Origin: an uncultured Verrucomicrobiota bacterium
GTDB taxonomy: Bacteria > Auribacterota > JABMQX01
Assembly (NCBI GenBank): GCA_964640185.1
Contig: CAZXGF010000010.1
Coordinates: 162 to 64,161 of the forward strand
Direction: 5' to 3'
Length of the DNA stretch: 64,000 nt
The notes below the pieces were generated by a model that made no database searches, was not told the DNA's origin, and worked only from the letters and a program-made list of their open reading frames with translations. Below are positions 8,080 to 17,181 of the stretch, piece by piece (position 1 is the stretch's first letter; each line of letters opens with the position of its first letter). Position numbers and translations under genes: made by a program.

Positions 8080-10968
8080 ATGAAGAAAAGCGCCAAAACG
8101 CGATATTTCGCGATTGCAATCCTCATTTTCGCCGCGTGCGTGCTCGTCATCACCTTCCGCGCTTGGGCGCCGCAACGGCAGCGGCCCTCCTACTTCATGG
8201 GCGTGCGAGTATGCTTTCCATGCCACGGAGGAAGCAAAAATTGCGACCAATACAGCCTCTGGCGACTCTCCGAGCACGCCAAGGCTTATGCGGCGTTGAG
8301 TTCCCCGGAGGCTTTCGAGATCGCCGAGATTTCAGGTGTGGACATTGACCCGAGGAAAAGCCCTATTTGCTTAGGATGTCACGCAACCGCCTCCAGCGCT
8401 GAGCCGTGGCAACTGGACCCCACATTTCATCGAGAGGACGGCGTCCAGTGCGAGGTCTGCCACGGGCCGGCGAGCAATCACGTGGAAGCCTTGCGGAGCG
8501 GAAAACCTTCCCGTCAGTCCATGCTTCCTATCCCGACCCCGGACGATTGCATGGTTTGCCATCGGCATAAGGATACTCACAAGAAGGTGCTCAACACCGA
8601 AGAGTTCGACTACCAGGAAGCTCTCAAGCAAATCTCTCACGCCGGCAGCCCCGCCGCGGGCGGGGTCATGCGCCCGTCGGTCACACCCCCCTCCGCGAAG
8701 ACCAATCCGCGCCTCGTGGGGGTCAGGATGTGCTCGCAATGCCATTCCGAGGTGGAGAAGGGGGACCAGTTCGCCATGTGGGTGCAGTCAGCGCACGCCC
8801 AATCTTACGCCGTTCTCGCAACTTCCCGTGGCTGGGAAGCAGCCGCAAAGCTCGGGCTTCAAGGCAGTCCCCAGGGCAAAACCGAATGCCTTCGCTGCCA
8901 CGCAACCGGTTTCAGCAATAAGCCTTCGAGTTTCGCGGAGTCTTTCCAGGCGGAGGAAGGCGTGCAGTGCGAGTCGTGCCACGGCCCGGGAAGCGATTAC
9001 TCGAAAGAGCGCATTATGCGAGACAAGGAGGCGGCAGTAGCCGCCGGGCTTGTTATTCCGAACGAAAAAACATGCCTCGCTTGCCACAGCGGGGAATGTC
9101 CCGCGGCGCCCGAAAAGTTTGATTATGCGGCCGCCTTGAAGACAATTGAGCACCCCCGCAAGTCCCTCAGGCCCCACTCTGTTTCCATCGAGTACAAGAC
9201 GCCATTCAACTTGATCCTTTCGAAAGATGGCCGACTCGCTTACATCACCTGCGAAGGGTCCGACTCTCTGGCGATTGCCGACCTCGAAAGCCGAAAGGTC
9301 ATAGCCGAGCTCAAGGTCGGCCACCAGCCGCACGGCGTCTGCCTGAATCCCTCGGAAACCGTGGCGTACGTTTCCAACCGTGGCTCTGACACGGTTTCCG
9401 TCGTGGACCTCAACACGAACAAGGTCACGTCAACCATTGTCGTCGGGGACGAGCCTCACGGCATCATCACCGACACCAGCGGGGAAACCGTTTACGTAGT
9501 CAACGCGGGCACGAGTGACATTTCTGTGATTGACGCCCGTAAACGAACGGAAATCAAGCGGCTCGCGGCCGGGCGTGGTCCCTGGGCGATTGACCGCTCG
9601 CCCAACGGAGAATTGCTTTACGTAACCAACAATCTATCGCATTTCGTTAAGTTCCGGACTCCCTCCCTGTCGGAAGTGACCGTCATTGACATCGAAAAGA
9701 AGCAGATAGTCAACCGGATATGGGTGCGGGAAGCCAATCTTGTTCAGGGAATTGACTTCTCGCCCGATGGCGAGTTCGCCCTGGTGACCTTGCTACGAAC
9801 GAAGAACCTCGTCCCGGTGGTGCGTGTGGCGCAGGGCTGGGTTATCACAAACGGCCTCGGTATCCTCTGGAAGGACGGCCGCGTTGACCAGGTTCTCCTT
9901 GACGAGCCAAATGCCTCCTTCGCCGACCCGACAGATGTCATTATCACTCCCGACGGCAGATTCGCTTACGTGACCGGAGGCGGCGTTGACGCGGTCGCCG
10001 TCGTGGATTTGCCGAAGCTTTTCAGCATTCTGAAACGCGCGAGCGATGAAGCGCGCTCGAGGATAATGCCCAATCACCTCGGCTACGCCACCGAGTTCGT
10101 TGTCCGGCGAATCGCAACCGGCAGGAATCCGCGAGGCCTGGCCATCTCGCCCGATGGAAAACTGGTGTATGTCGCCGCCGGGCTCGATGACGCCATCACC
10201 ATAATAAACACAGATAGGCAGGAAGTCGTCGGCGCCATTGACCTCCGCGGGCCGAAAGAGATCACCCAAACGCGGTTCGGCGAGAGGGTCTTCCACAGCG
10301 CGGAAGTGACCTTCCAGAGGCAGTTCTCCTGCCATTCCTGCCACCCCGACGGAAACGTGGACGGCCTGACCTACGACCTCGAGCCGGACGGCATCGGGGT
10401 CAATCCCGTGGATAACCGAACGCTCCGAGGCATTCTTGACACCGCTCCCTTCAAGTGGACCGGTAAGAATCCTTCCCTGAGCCGCCAGTGCGGCGCGAGA
10501 TTGGCGGTCTTCTTTACGCGAATTGACCCCTTCACGCCGAAGGAGCTTGCAGCTCTCGATCGCTACATCACAACGATTCCCCGTCCGCCAAACCGCTATC
10601 GGCACCCGGAAGGTCTCACCCCCGCGCAGTCTCGCGGAAAAGCCCTCTTCGAGCGCACCGTCACTAACGATAGCAGACCGATCCCTCCGGAAGGGCGCTG
10701 CATCTTCTGCCATCCCTCTCCCTACTACACGAACTGCCGAAGCATGGATGTCGGCACTAAATCGTGGTTGGATGACCATCACCACGATTTGCTCGATGTC
10801 CCGCACCTCAACAATATCTACGAAACGCCGCCGTTTCTGCACGACGGGCGGGCTGAAACCCTCGAAGAGATTTGGACGACCTTCAACGACGAAGATAAGC
10901 ATGGCTTCGTCAACGATATGACAAAGGACCAACTGAACGATCTGGTCGAGTATATCAAAAGCCTGTGA
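8080..10968 (+). CDS. deca-heme c-type cytochrome fused to YVTN-type beta-propeller and di-heme cytochrome-c-peroxidase-like domain
   Basis: Ten CxxCH motifs (CFPCH, CLGCH, CEVCH, CMVCH, CSQCH, CLRCH, CESCH, CLACH, CHSCH, CIFCH); YVTN repeats (AYVSNRGSDTVSVVD, VYVVNAGTSDISVID). C-terminal region is homologous to 27355-29202; N-terminal TM/signal. Confidence 0.8.
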   Translation: MKKSAKTRYFAIAILIFAACVLVITFRAWAPQRQRPSYFMGVRVCFPCHGGSKNCDQYSLWRLSEHAKAYAALSSPEAFEIAEISGVDIDPRKSPICLGCHATASSAEPWQLDPTFHREDGVQCEVCHGPASNHVEALRSGKPSRQSMLPIPTPDDCMVCHRHKDTHKKVLNTEEFDYQEALKQISHAGSPAAGGVMRPSVTPPSAKTNPRLVGVRMCSQCHSEVEKGDQFAMWVQSAHAQSYAVLATSRGWEAAAKLGLQGSPQGKTECLRCHATGFSNKPSSFAESFQAEEGVQCESCHGPGSDYSKERIMRDKEAAVAAGLVIPNEKTCLACHSGECPAAPEKFDYAAALKTIEHPRKSLRPHSVSIEYKTPFNLILSKDGRLAYITCEGSDSLAIADLESRKVIAELKVGHQPHGVCLNPSETVAYVSNRGSDTVSVVDLNTNKVTSTIVVGDEPHGIITDTSGETVYVVNAGTSDISVIDARKRTEIKRLAAGRGPWAIDRSPNGELLYVTNNLSHFVKFRTPSLSEVTVIDIEKKQIVNRIWVREANLVQGIDFSPDGEFALVTLLRTKNLVPVVRVAQGWVITNGLGILWKDGRVDQVLLDEPNASFADPTDVIITPDGRFAYVTGGGVDAVAVVDLPKLFSILKRASDEARSRIMPNHLGYATEFVVRRIATGRNPRGLAISPDGKLVYVAAGLDDAITIINTDRQEVVGAIDLRGPKEITQTRFGERVFHSAEVTFQRQFSCHSCHPDGNVDGLTYDLEPDGIGVNPVDNRTLRGILDTAPFKWTGKNPSLSRQCGARLAVFFTRIDPFTPKELAALDRYITTIPRPPNRYRHPEGLTPAQSRGKALFERTVTNDSRPIPPEGRCIFCHPSPYYTNCRSMDVGTKSWLDDHHHDLLDVPHLNNIYETPPFLHDGRAETLEEIWTTFNDEDKHGFVNDMTKDQLNDLVEYIKSL

Positions 10969-10982
10969 GGAGAGATGACGTT

Positions 10983-12182
10983 ATGAGCTCGTGGCAAAGC
11001 TTGTTTTGCGGGGTTGTTCTGGTGACAATGGCCGGGGTTCTTTGGGCGGCCGAATCTTTGCCGCAGGAGCCTCCGTCGCCGGGCATGCCCTTCGTTTACA
11101 AAAAGTGGGAGGTTTTCACGACCAAGAGCACGAAGGGTGAGCTTCCCAACGACCACATCTTTTTTGTCAGGGTGGACGGCGACCGCGTATGGATCGGCAC
11201 GGAGAATGGGCTTGCCTGCTACGTGGGCGGAAAACTCAAGCAGTGGGGCGAGAAGGATGGCCTGCCCTGGCACGTCGTCTCTGCGATAGACGTCAGCCCC
11301 CTCACAGGAGACGTGTGGCTGGGTTTGTTCGGCGGCGGATTGGCTCGGTTCAGCGGGGGGCGCTTCGACCATTTCCACCAGCTCAACAGCGGCCTGGTCA
11401 ACGATGTTGTTTACGGCGTGGCGGTGCAAGACCACGTGATATGGGTCGCCACCACCGCAGGCGTCAGCTCCTACGACACAGTCACCGGCGAATGGGGCAT
11501 CTACACGGAAAAGAACGCCCCCATGGAAGAGATTTGGTGTTACAGCATCTGCTACGCCGATGGCAAGATTTACGTGGCGGTGTGGGGCGGAGGAGTGCTC
11601 GAGTGGGACGTCAAGTTGAAGCGCTGGAAAGCCTACATTGACCCGGACCGCGAGATGGAAATTGACCTCTACCGCGACGATGGGCTTGTTCACATCATCA
11701 CCACGTCTGTTGCCTACGAATCGGGTATCTTATGGGCCGCGACCTACTTCGGCCTGAGCCGCTATGACGGGAGGCACTGGCGAGGATACATGGAGCATGA
11801 GAGCGGCCTGGCGAGTGATTTCATCAACTTCAACAAGGCGAGAGGAAAGGAAGGTTGGATTTGCACCGATAAGGGGCTGTCGGTTTTGGTTGACTTCCCC
11901 ACGGACACCTGGGTAACATATAAAAAGAACGAAGAAAACGACGACGGCGTTGCTATCATCCAGCGAGGAATGCACGTCATCAAGACTGCCCCTACGAAAG
12001 GGTCCATCCCTCAGAAGTTTGTGATGTGTGTTGATTTTCAGGGCGATGACGTTTGGGTTGGAACATCCAAGGGCCTTGCCCGCGGAATTGGCAAGGGACG
12101 CTGGGTGGGGCTGAAACAGAGCAAGCCTTTCGCCTCCAAACAGTTGGCGCCGGCACAGGGCTTGGCAAGGGAAAAACCATAG
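10983..12182 (+). CDS. secreted two-component-regulator-propeller (Reg_prop) repeat protein
   Basis: GGAGAG RBS then ATG 10983; repeated VWIGTENGLACY / IWVATTAGVSSYD / ILWAATYFGLSRYDG / VWVGTSKGLARG blocks. Confidence 0.6.
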   Translation: MSSWQSLFCGVVLVTMAGVLWAAESLPQEPPSPGMPFVYKKWEVFTTKSTKGELPNDHIFFVRVDGDRVWIGTENGLACYVGGKLKQWGEKDGLPWHVVSAIDVSPLTGDVWLGLFGGGLARFSGGRFDHFHQLNSGLVNDVVYGVAVQDHVIWVATTAGVSSYDTVTGEWGIYTEKNAPMEEIWCYSICYADGKIYVAVWGGGVLEWDVKLKRWKAYIDPDREMEIDLYRDDGLVHIITTSVAYESGILWAATYFGLSRYDGRHWRGYMEHESGLASDFINFNKARGKEGWICTDKGLSVLVDFPTDTWVTYKKNEENDDGVAIIQRGMHVIKTAPTKGSIPQKFVMCVDFQGDDVWVGTSKGLARGIGKGRWVGLKQSKPFASKQLAPAQGLAREKP

Positions 12183-12193
12183 GAGGCTGGAAA

Positions 12194-13579
12194 ATGTCCC
12201 CGGGGAAATTGTTCAGTTCAATTGTGCTTATCCTTTTCGTTCTTTCCCACGTTGCGGCGGTGTTAGCCGAGGAGCAAAAGACCCCATCCGTCCAGGCAAG
12301 CATCAGCTACGGCAACACCCCGGACCGCTACAAACCGTTCGGGCGTTTCGCCGAGCCTTACAAGAGATTCTTCCTCGAGCCGATCGAATACACCGGTCCA
12401 GGGCGCGAAAAACCGGAGCCCAAAGGGCTGAAGTCGGTCAAAATCGGTTTCCTCGGCCCCATCGAGCAGACGGTTTCGGTCGCGACCGGCGGCATGTCCC
12501 ACGAGAAACCACTCGGCACCAAGATGCTTCAGGGGGTCCAGCTCGCCATTGAGCAAGCCAATGCTCGCGGAGGATACCGAAATCGCATCCCCTATAAGCT
12601 CATCGTCCGAAACGATAACGGACTATGGGGCGCCTCCGGCAACGAGATCATCCATCTGGCGTACAGAGAGAAGGTTTGGACCATTATCGGCACCATTGAC
12701 GGCGCCAACAGCCACATCGCCATTCGTGCATGTCTCAAGGCGGAACTCCCCATCGTGAACACGGGAGATACAGACCCCACGTTCATCGAGACAAATATCC
12801 CCTGGGTGTTCAGGTGCATCAGCGACGACCGCCAGATGTGTTACCTTCTGTGCGATTACGCGTACAAGAAGTTGGAGCTCAAACGCATCGCGGGCCTGCG
12901 AGCAAGCAACCGATATGGACGTGTCAATATGGATGAATTCCGGGACGGCTCTCGCCGACTCGGCCATCCCCTCGCCGCAGAACTTCAGTACATGGTCGGC
13001 AACACCGACTTCCGCCCCCAGCTTGAGCGTATAAAGAGTATGCGTGTGGATGGCGTGGTGACCTATGGGGATGCCCAGGAATCCGGCCTCATTCTCAAGC
13101 AGATGCGAGAGATAGGAATGACCGAGCAGGTGTTCCTCGCAAGCGACCGCATCGTCTTCGATGAGTTCCTCAAAATAGTGGGCGAAAACCCGGGTCCCGT
13201 TGTTGCAGGTTATCCTTACGACCCCACTCGCGATGACCCAAAACTTCGTGCTTTCAGAAAGGCATTCCGCGAGGAGTTCAAAGAAGAGCCCGAGCAATAC
13301 GCCGCTCACGGCTACGACGGCGCCTCCATTATTATCGAAGCTATCGAGAAAGCCGGCCTCAATCGGGCGCTCATTCGCGACGCCATGGCTGAGGTGCAGC
13401 GCTACCACGGCGTTACCGGCGAGATCATCTTCGACGCCGCCCACAATGATATAAGTCCCGCATCCCTGGCAATTCTTGAGAATGGGAAGTTCGACTTCTA
13501 CACTCGCGAGGAGCTTTTCGGGCCCGCCGCAACTGAAACGCAACAGGCTTCAATTACAGATAGTCCTGGGAAGTTATGA
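12194..13579 (+). CDS. periplasmic substrate-binding protein, LivK/branched-chain amino-acid-binding family (Peripla_BP_6)
   Basis: AGGAGG RBS before ATG 12194; signal peptide; KIGFLGPI...GVQLAIEQANARGGYRNRIPYKLIVRNDNG...WTIIGTIDGANSHIAIRA pattern. Confidence 0.75.
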   Translation: MSPGKLFSSIVLILFVLSHVAAVLAEEQKTPSVQASISYGNTPDRYKPFGRFAEPYKRFFLEPIEYTGPGREKPEPKGLKSVKIGFLGPIEQTVSVATGGMSHEKPLGTKMLQGVQLAIEQANARGGYRNRIPYKLIVRNDNGLWGASGNEIIHLAYREKVWTIIGTIDGANSHIAIRACLKAELPIVNTGDTDPTFIETNIPWVFRCISDDRQMCYLLCDYAYKKLELKRIAGLRASNRYGRVNMDEFRDGSRRLGHPLAAELQYMVGNTDFRPQLERIKSMRVDGVVTYGDAQESGLILKQMREIGMTEQVFLASDRIVFDEFLKIVGENPGPVVAGYPYDPTRDDPKLRAFRKAFREEFKEEPEQYAAHGYDGASIIIEAIEKAGLNRALIRDAMAEVQRYHGVTGEIIFDAAHNDISPASLAILENGKFDFYTREELFGPAATETQQASITDSPGKL

Positions 13580-14832
13580 TTAGCACCGGCCTCGCCATTT
13601 CCTCGACCGGCAGCCGGCGGGGTGCAATAAGGTGTGTCACCGGCGTCACGCTCGGCCTTGCCATTGCAATTTCCCTCGCGGCCCAAACAGGCGGCGGGAC
13701 CGCCCCCCCCATTCACAAAAGTATCCTCGATAATAAAGCGGAGTATTACGGCCCGGAAAGAGACGAGCCTGAACCTTCAAACATCCAGGAAGTTCGTATT
13801 GGTTTTTTCTCGCCGCGCGATTCGCAAAACCTCGTCGGGCGTAATATGTGGCGCGGAGCGACGCTCGCCGTCGAAAGAGCTAACGCCGAAGGAGGCTATC
13901 GGGGAAAGCCTTTTCGGCTGGTCTGCCGCTGGGCGGACGACCCCTGGGGCGCGGGTTCAAGAGAAATGACCCGCCTCGTCTATGAGGACAAGGCGTGGGC
14001 GATAATCGGCTCAATTGACGGCGCCTCAACCCATGTCGCCGAGCAGGTCGCCACCAGAACGCGCATCACCCTCCTCTCCCCTTTGTCCGGCGACCCGAGC
14101 CTCACCCATGCCGCGGTCCCCTGGATGTTCAGGCTGCCGCCCGACGATTCTTCCGTCGCCGAAGCACTTGCCGGAATCGCCGTCCGCGAGAGGGGCTTTC
14201 GGCGAATCATCGTTTTAAGTTCCGCCGACCATGATGGCAGGACAGGCAGCATAGAAATACTTCCCGCCCTGGCTCGCCTCCGCGTAGCCCCCGTCCTCCA
14301 TCTGACTTTCGACCCATCCCAGACCGACTTTTCACAGCAGCTCAATCTGATTTCTTCCACATCGAGCGAGGCCATCTTCCTATGGGGCCTGCCCGATTCA
14401 TCCCTGCGCCTCCTCCTCGCTTTACGCGGGCGGAGAATAGACCTGCCAGTCTTCGGCCCGGCCGTTTTCTCTCTGCCATCCTTCATTCGCAAAGCTGGGG
14501 GCGCTGCTGAAGGACTCACGACCTGCCGACTCGCGTGGGGACGCGACAATCCTCGCTGGAACAGCTTCAGCAGAGAATTCGAGGCCCGCTTTGGCGAAAA
14601 GCCCGCCGATGACGCAGCCCTCACCTACGACGCAGCAAGCATCATCATCAAGGCTGTCCGTAGCGCAGGTCTCAACCGCGCACGGATACGCGACGCGGTC
14701 GCAGAGATGAGCGCATTCGTGGGTCTCGCAGGAAAGGTCGCATGGGACAATGGCGGCGGCAACATCGCCGCCCCTCAGCCGGTGAGAGTTCGCGGCGGGC
14801 GCCTTTGCCAGATCGTCCTTAGCCCCGGATAA
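13576..14832 (+). CDS. LivK-like periplasmic binding protein paralog
   Basis: ATGA start/stop overlap with upstream gene; VRIGFFSP...ATLAVERANAEGGYRGKPFRLVCRWADDPWG...WAIIGSIDGASTHVAEQV parallels the upstream paralog. Confidence 0.65.
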   Translation: MISTGLAISSTGSRRGAIRCVTGVTLGLAIAISLAAQTGGGTAPPIHKSILDNKAEYYGPERDEPEPSNIQEVRIGFFSPRDSQNLVGRNMWRGATLAVERANAEGGYRGKPFRLVCRWADDPWGAGSREMTRLVYEDKAWAIIGSIDGASTHVAEQVATRTRITLLSPLSGDPSLTHAAVPWMFRLPPDDSSVAEALAGIAVRERGFRRIIVLSSADHDGRTGSIEILPALARLRVAPVLHLTFDPSQTDFSQQLNLISSTSSEAIFLWGLPDSSLRLLLALRGRRIDLPVFGPAVFSLPSFIRKAGGAAEGLTTCRLAWGRDNPRWNSFSREFEARFGEKPADDAALTYDAASIIIKAVRSAGLNRARIRDAVAEMSAFVGLAGKVAWDNGGGNIAAPQPVRVRGGRLCQIVLSPG

Positions 14833-14952
14833 GTCCCGCAGACTACCTTCTCTCACAGCTTTCTCAGTGATGATCCGCGTTGCGTCCAACTCATTGCCGA
14901 GAGGAAACCAACGCGCTGTCTTGACAATCAAGTTCAAGCCCTGGTTCGGGAG

Positions 14953-16095
14953 TTACTTCTTTTGCGGAAGGTATTTCTGGATCAGTTGCCAAACTGCTTG
15001 ATCACATGCTGTCTCCGCCTTCTTCCCTCCGATATTGCACGCCGCTACGACTGCAAAGTCCTTGTTGGGTGCGAGCCACATGACGGCAAAAAACATTTTG
15101 TTTGATCCGTTGTGCGTCAAGACGGTCCCGTTCCCCCAGTCTCGCCTGGTCACAACCCAGCCGAGGGCGTAAGCCTGTCCCGAAACAGGAGTATGTAGTT
15201 TCCGGAAAGATGCCTTTGACAACAACTTCTCGTTTCCTTTTATGCCGTTGAGGTGAAAGGCCGCCCACCTGGCGAGATCACTGATTGAACAGTGAACTGT
15301 CCCTGCCGGCCCAATCGCTGGCGGGTTGTCGGCTTGGGGTCCGGGAGGAATCGGCTTCGGTTTGCCGTTTTCGAGGACGTGCCCCCAAGGCTGGTCTATT
15401 TGTCCCGGTTTTGCAGGGGGGCCAAAACCCGCAGATGTCATCCCGAGCGGAGTGAAGATATGACGCTTCATAAGAGATTCCCAGGACTCGCCTGTGACTT
15501 TCTCCATCATTGCCCCGGCAATAGCATACCCCGCGTTCGAGTAGATGAATCTCTCACCCGGTGTTGCCTCAGGCTTATGCTTAACGACCTCTTCCAGGAG
15601 AAACAATCTCTGCTGGGTGGGCGTCAAGGATTCAGACTTCTGCCATATTCTGCTCCACAGATTGTCCCTATCCAGGTGAGCTGGCACGCCGCCGCGATGG
15701 GCCAGAAGCTGTTCGATAGTCACGAGCTGATAATCCTTCTGCATGGACTCCTTCAGTTCCGGAAACGCGTCCGCCACGGTCATGTCCCAGGATAGCTTGC
15801 CCTGTTCTACTAAGATAGCTGCCAGCGTCGCGGTCATCGCCTTGGTGCATGAGCCAATGTGGAACTTGTCATCTACGGACACACGTTTCGGGCAACCGCT
15901 CTTTCTATATCCCACCGCACCCACGGCAACGAGCTGGTTATCCTTGACGACCGCCGCCGCCAGGGCCGGAAGCTGGTATTCCTTGCGAAGTGGTCCCAGA
16001 ATCTCGCTGATGTTCTTTGGCGCGCATTCGGCAGACAACAAATAACCGGCGAAGAACAGAACAGCATATCGGTGTATGGCCATGCTTCGTGCCAT
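14953..16095 (-). CDS. beta-lactamase-family serine hydrolase (class C / esterase EstB-like)
   Basis: S-x-x-K motif FHIGSCTKAMTA, Y-x-N motif IYSNAGYAIAG, N-terminal signal peptide. Confidence 0.8.
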   Translation of the reverse strand: MARSMAIHRYAVLFFAGYLLSAECAPKNISEILGPLRKEYQLPALAAAVVKDNQLVAVGAVGYRKSGCPKRVSVDDKFHIGSCTKAMTATLAAILVEQGKLSWDMTVADAFPELKESMQKDYQLVTIEQLLAHRGGVPAHLDRDNLWSRIWQKSESLTPTQQRLFLLEEVVKHKPEATPGERFIYSNAGYAIAGAMMEKVTGESWESLMKRHIFTPLGMTSAGFGPPAKPGQIDQPWGHVLENGKPKPIPPGPQADNPPAIGPAGTVHCSISDLARWAAFHLNGIKGNEKLLSKASFRKLHTPVSGQAYALGWVVTRRDWGNGTVLTHNGSNKMFFAVMWLAPNKDFAVVAACNIGGKKAETACDQAVWQLIQKYLPQKK

Positions 16096-16223
16096 CTACG
16101 CCCCTCCGTCTGCCAGACTATTCATTATCTGGGTTCCGTATAGCAGCCTTCTTCTGGCAGATGTACCGCATAATCGCCTACCTCGTCGCGTGACGCTCAT
16201 CATCTAACTATCGCATTCCGAGT

Positions 16224-16490
16224 GGGTGTGGCCGCGTCGCCGTGGCGTGTCCTCACGGCTCGTTTTGAACCTCTCCCGTCGCACGTTGACGCCGTGGATC
16301 TGTGCCCTCTGTCCCTCTATCATAGAAAGGAAAGGGCCACCGCCTCCTTTTCGCCCGCCCTCGGCGGGGGCCGCAGTCAGCCACCGGCTTTAGTCGGTGG
16401 TATGGATACGAGATTCTTCTCGTGGGAGCCGGCTTCAGCCCCGCCGAGGCGGGGCTTCTCGACCACAGGATTCATGCGAATTTCGCCACG
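16224..16490 (+). repeat. dispersed ~260-nt structured intergenic element, copy R1
   Basis: ~85% identical to 22263-22516 and to the reverse complement of 42845-43212. Conserved hairpin CCACCGGCTTTAGTCGGTGG; second hairpin has a compensatory extended stem (GCCCCGCC/GGCGGGGC). Confidence 0.8.
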
Positions 16491-16506
16491 CAGATACAGC
16501 CGCGCC

Positions 16507-17067
16507 CTATTCGCTGAGCTTGACGGCCGTCCCGTAAGCTAAAAGTTCAGACGCACTTGCCACAACACTCGTGGTCATATAGCGAACATTGATTATCGCG
16601 TCCGCCCCCATCTTTCCAGCCTGGGCGACCATCCTATTAGTAGCTGCTGCCCGAGCCCTTCGCATCATCTCTGTGTATTCAGTCAATTCGCCGCCGAGGA
16701 TCAACCGGACTATGGCGGATAGGTCTTTGCCAAGCCAGATAGCAAATACCGTCTGGCCCTGGACGAGACCGAGAATCTCCGTGATCTCTCGGCCAGGTAT
16801 TTCTGCCGAATTCATCAGCAAAACCGTGCGGTCGAACTCAGTGGGCAGCGGCCCCTCTCCTGATGCCTTCTTTTTCCTTTGTTCGAGAGCCACTGTCAGC
16901 AGAACCACAAGGATACCCCCCAGAAGGCAGAAAATTGCCGTCCGGAGCCACCAGGGCACAGGCGCCGGATCATCGGCAACGACCACGTGCCACGGTATCC
17001 CAACAAATACTGCCGTGAACAGCCCGACCACGAACGCCAGCGACCCAATCTGTCGAATCGTTTTCAT
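16507..17067 (-). CDS. YbjQ/UPF0145 (DUF74) family protein with N-terminal TM helices
   Basis: ITEILGLVQG...GADAIINVRYMTT...ELLAYGTAVKL core; RBS GGAGGAACT 5 nt before ATG. Confidence 0.7.
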   Translation of the reverse strand: MKTIRQIGSLAFVVGLFTAVFVGIPWHVVVADDPAPVPWWLRTAIFCLLGGILVVLLTVALEQRKKKASGEGPLPTEFDRTVLLMNSAEIPGREITEILGLVQGQTVFAIWLGKDLSAIVRLILGGELTEYTEMMRRARAAATNRMVAQAGKMGADAIINVRYMTTSVVASASELLAYGTAVKLSE

Positions 17068-17114
17068 AGTTCCTCCTTAGACCAGTAGAATCCGAAAAAT
17101 CTCAGCTAACCAGC
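17027..17114 (-). repeat. ybjQ 5' module copy A (RBS + first codons + upstream CAGCTAAC box), part of intact gene
   Basis: ~90% identical over ~80 bp to 18870-18949; diverged homolog at 20129-20290. Confidence 0.8.
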
Positions 17115-17181
17115 GAGCTGACCGCCGCAGCAGAACCTCCCGCGGCTTTTCAACCCCTAGGTTCAAGCCGTTGTTCCAAGT

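Noticed and set aside
16222-16542. ORFs overlapping the R elements (16222-16542 +, 22043-22429 +, 43056-43313 -) as a conserved small protein family
   Set aside because: The nucleotide sequences align but indels put the copies in different frames, so conservation is at DNA/RNA level.
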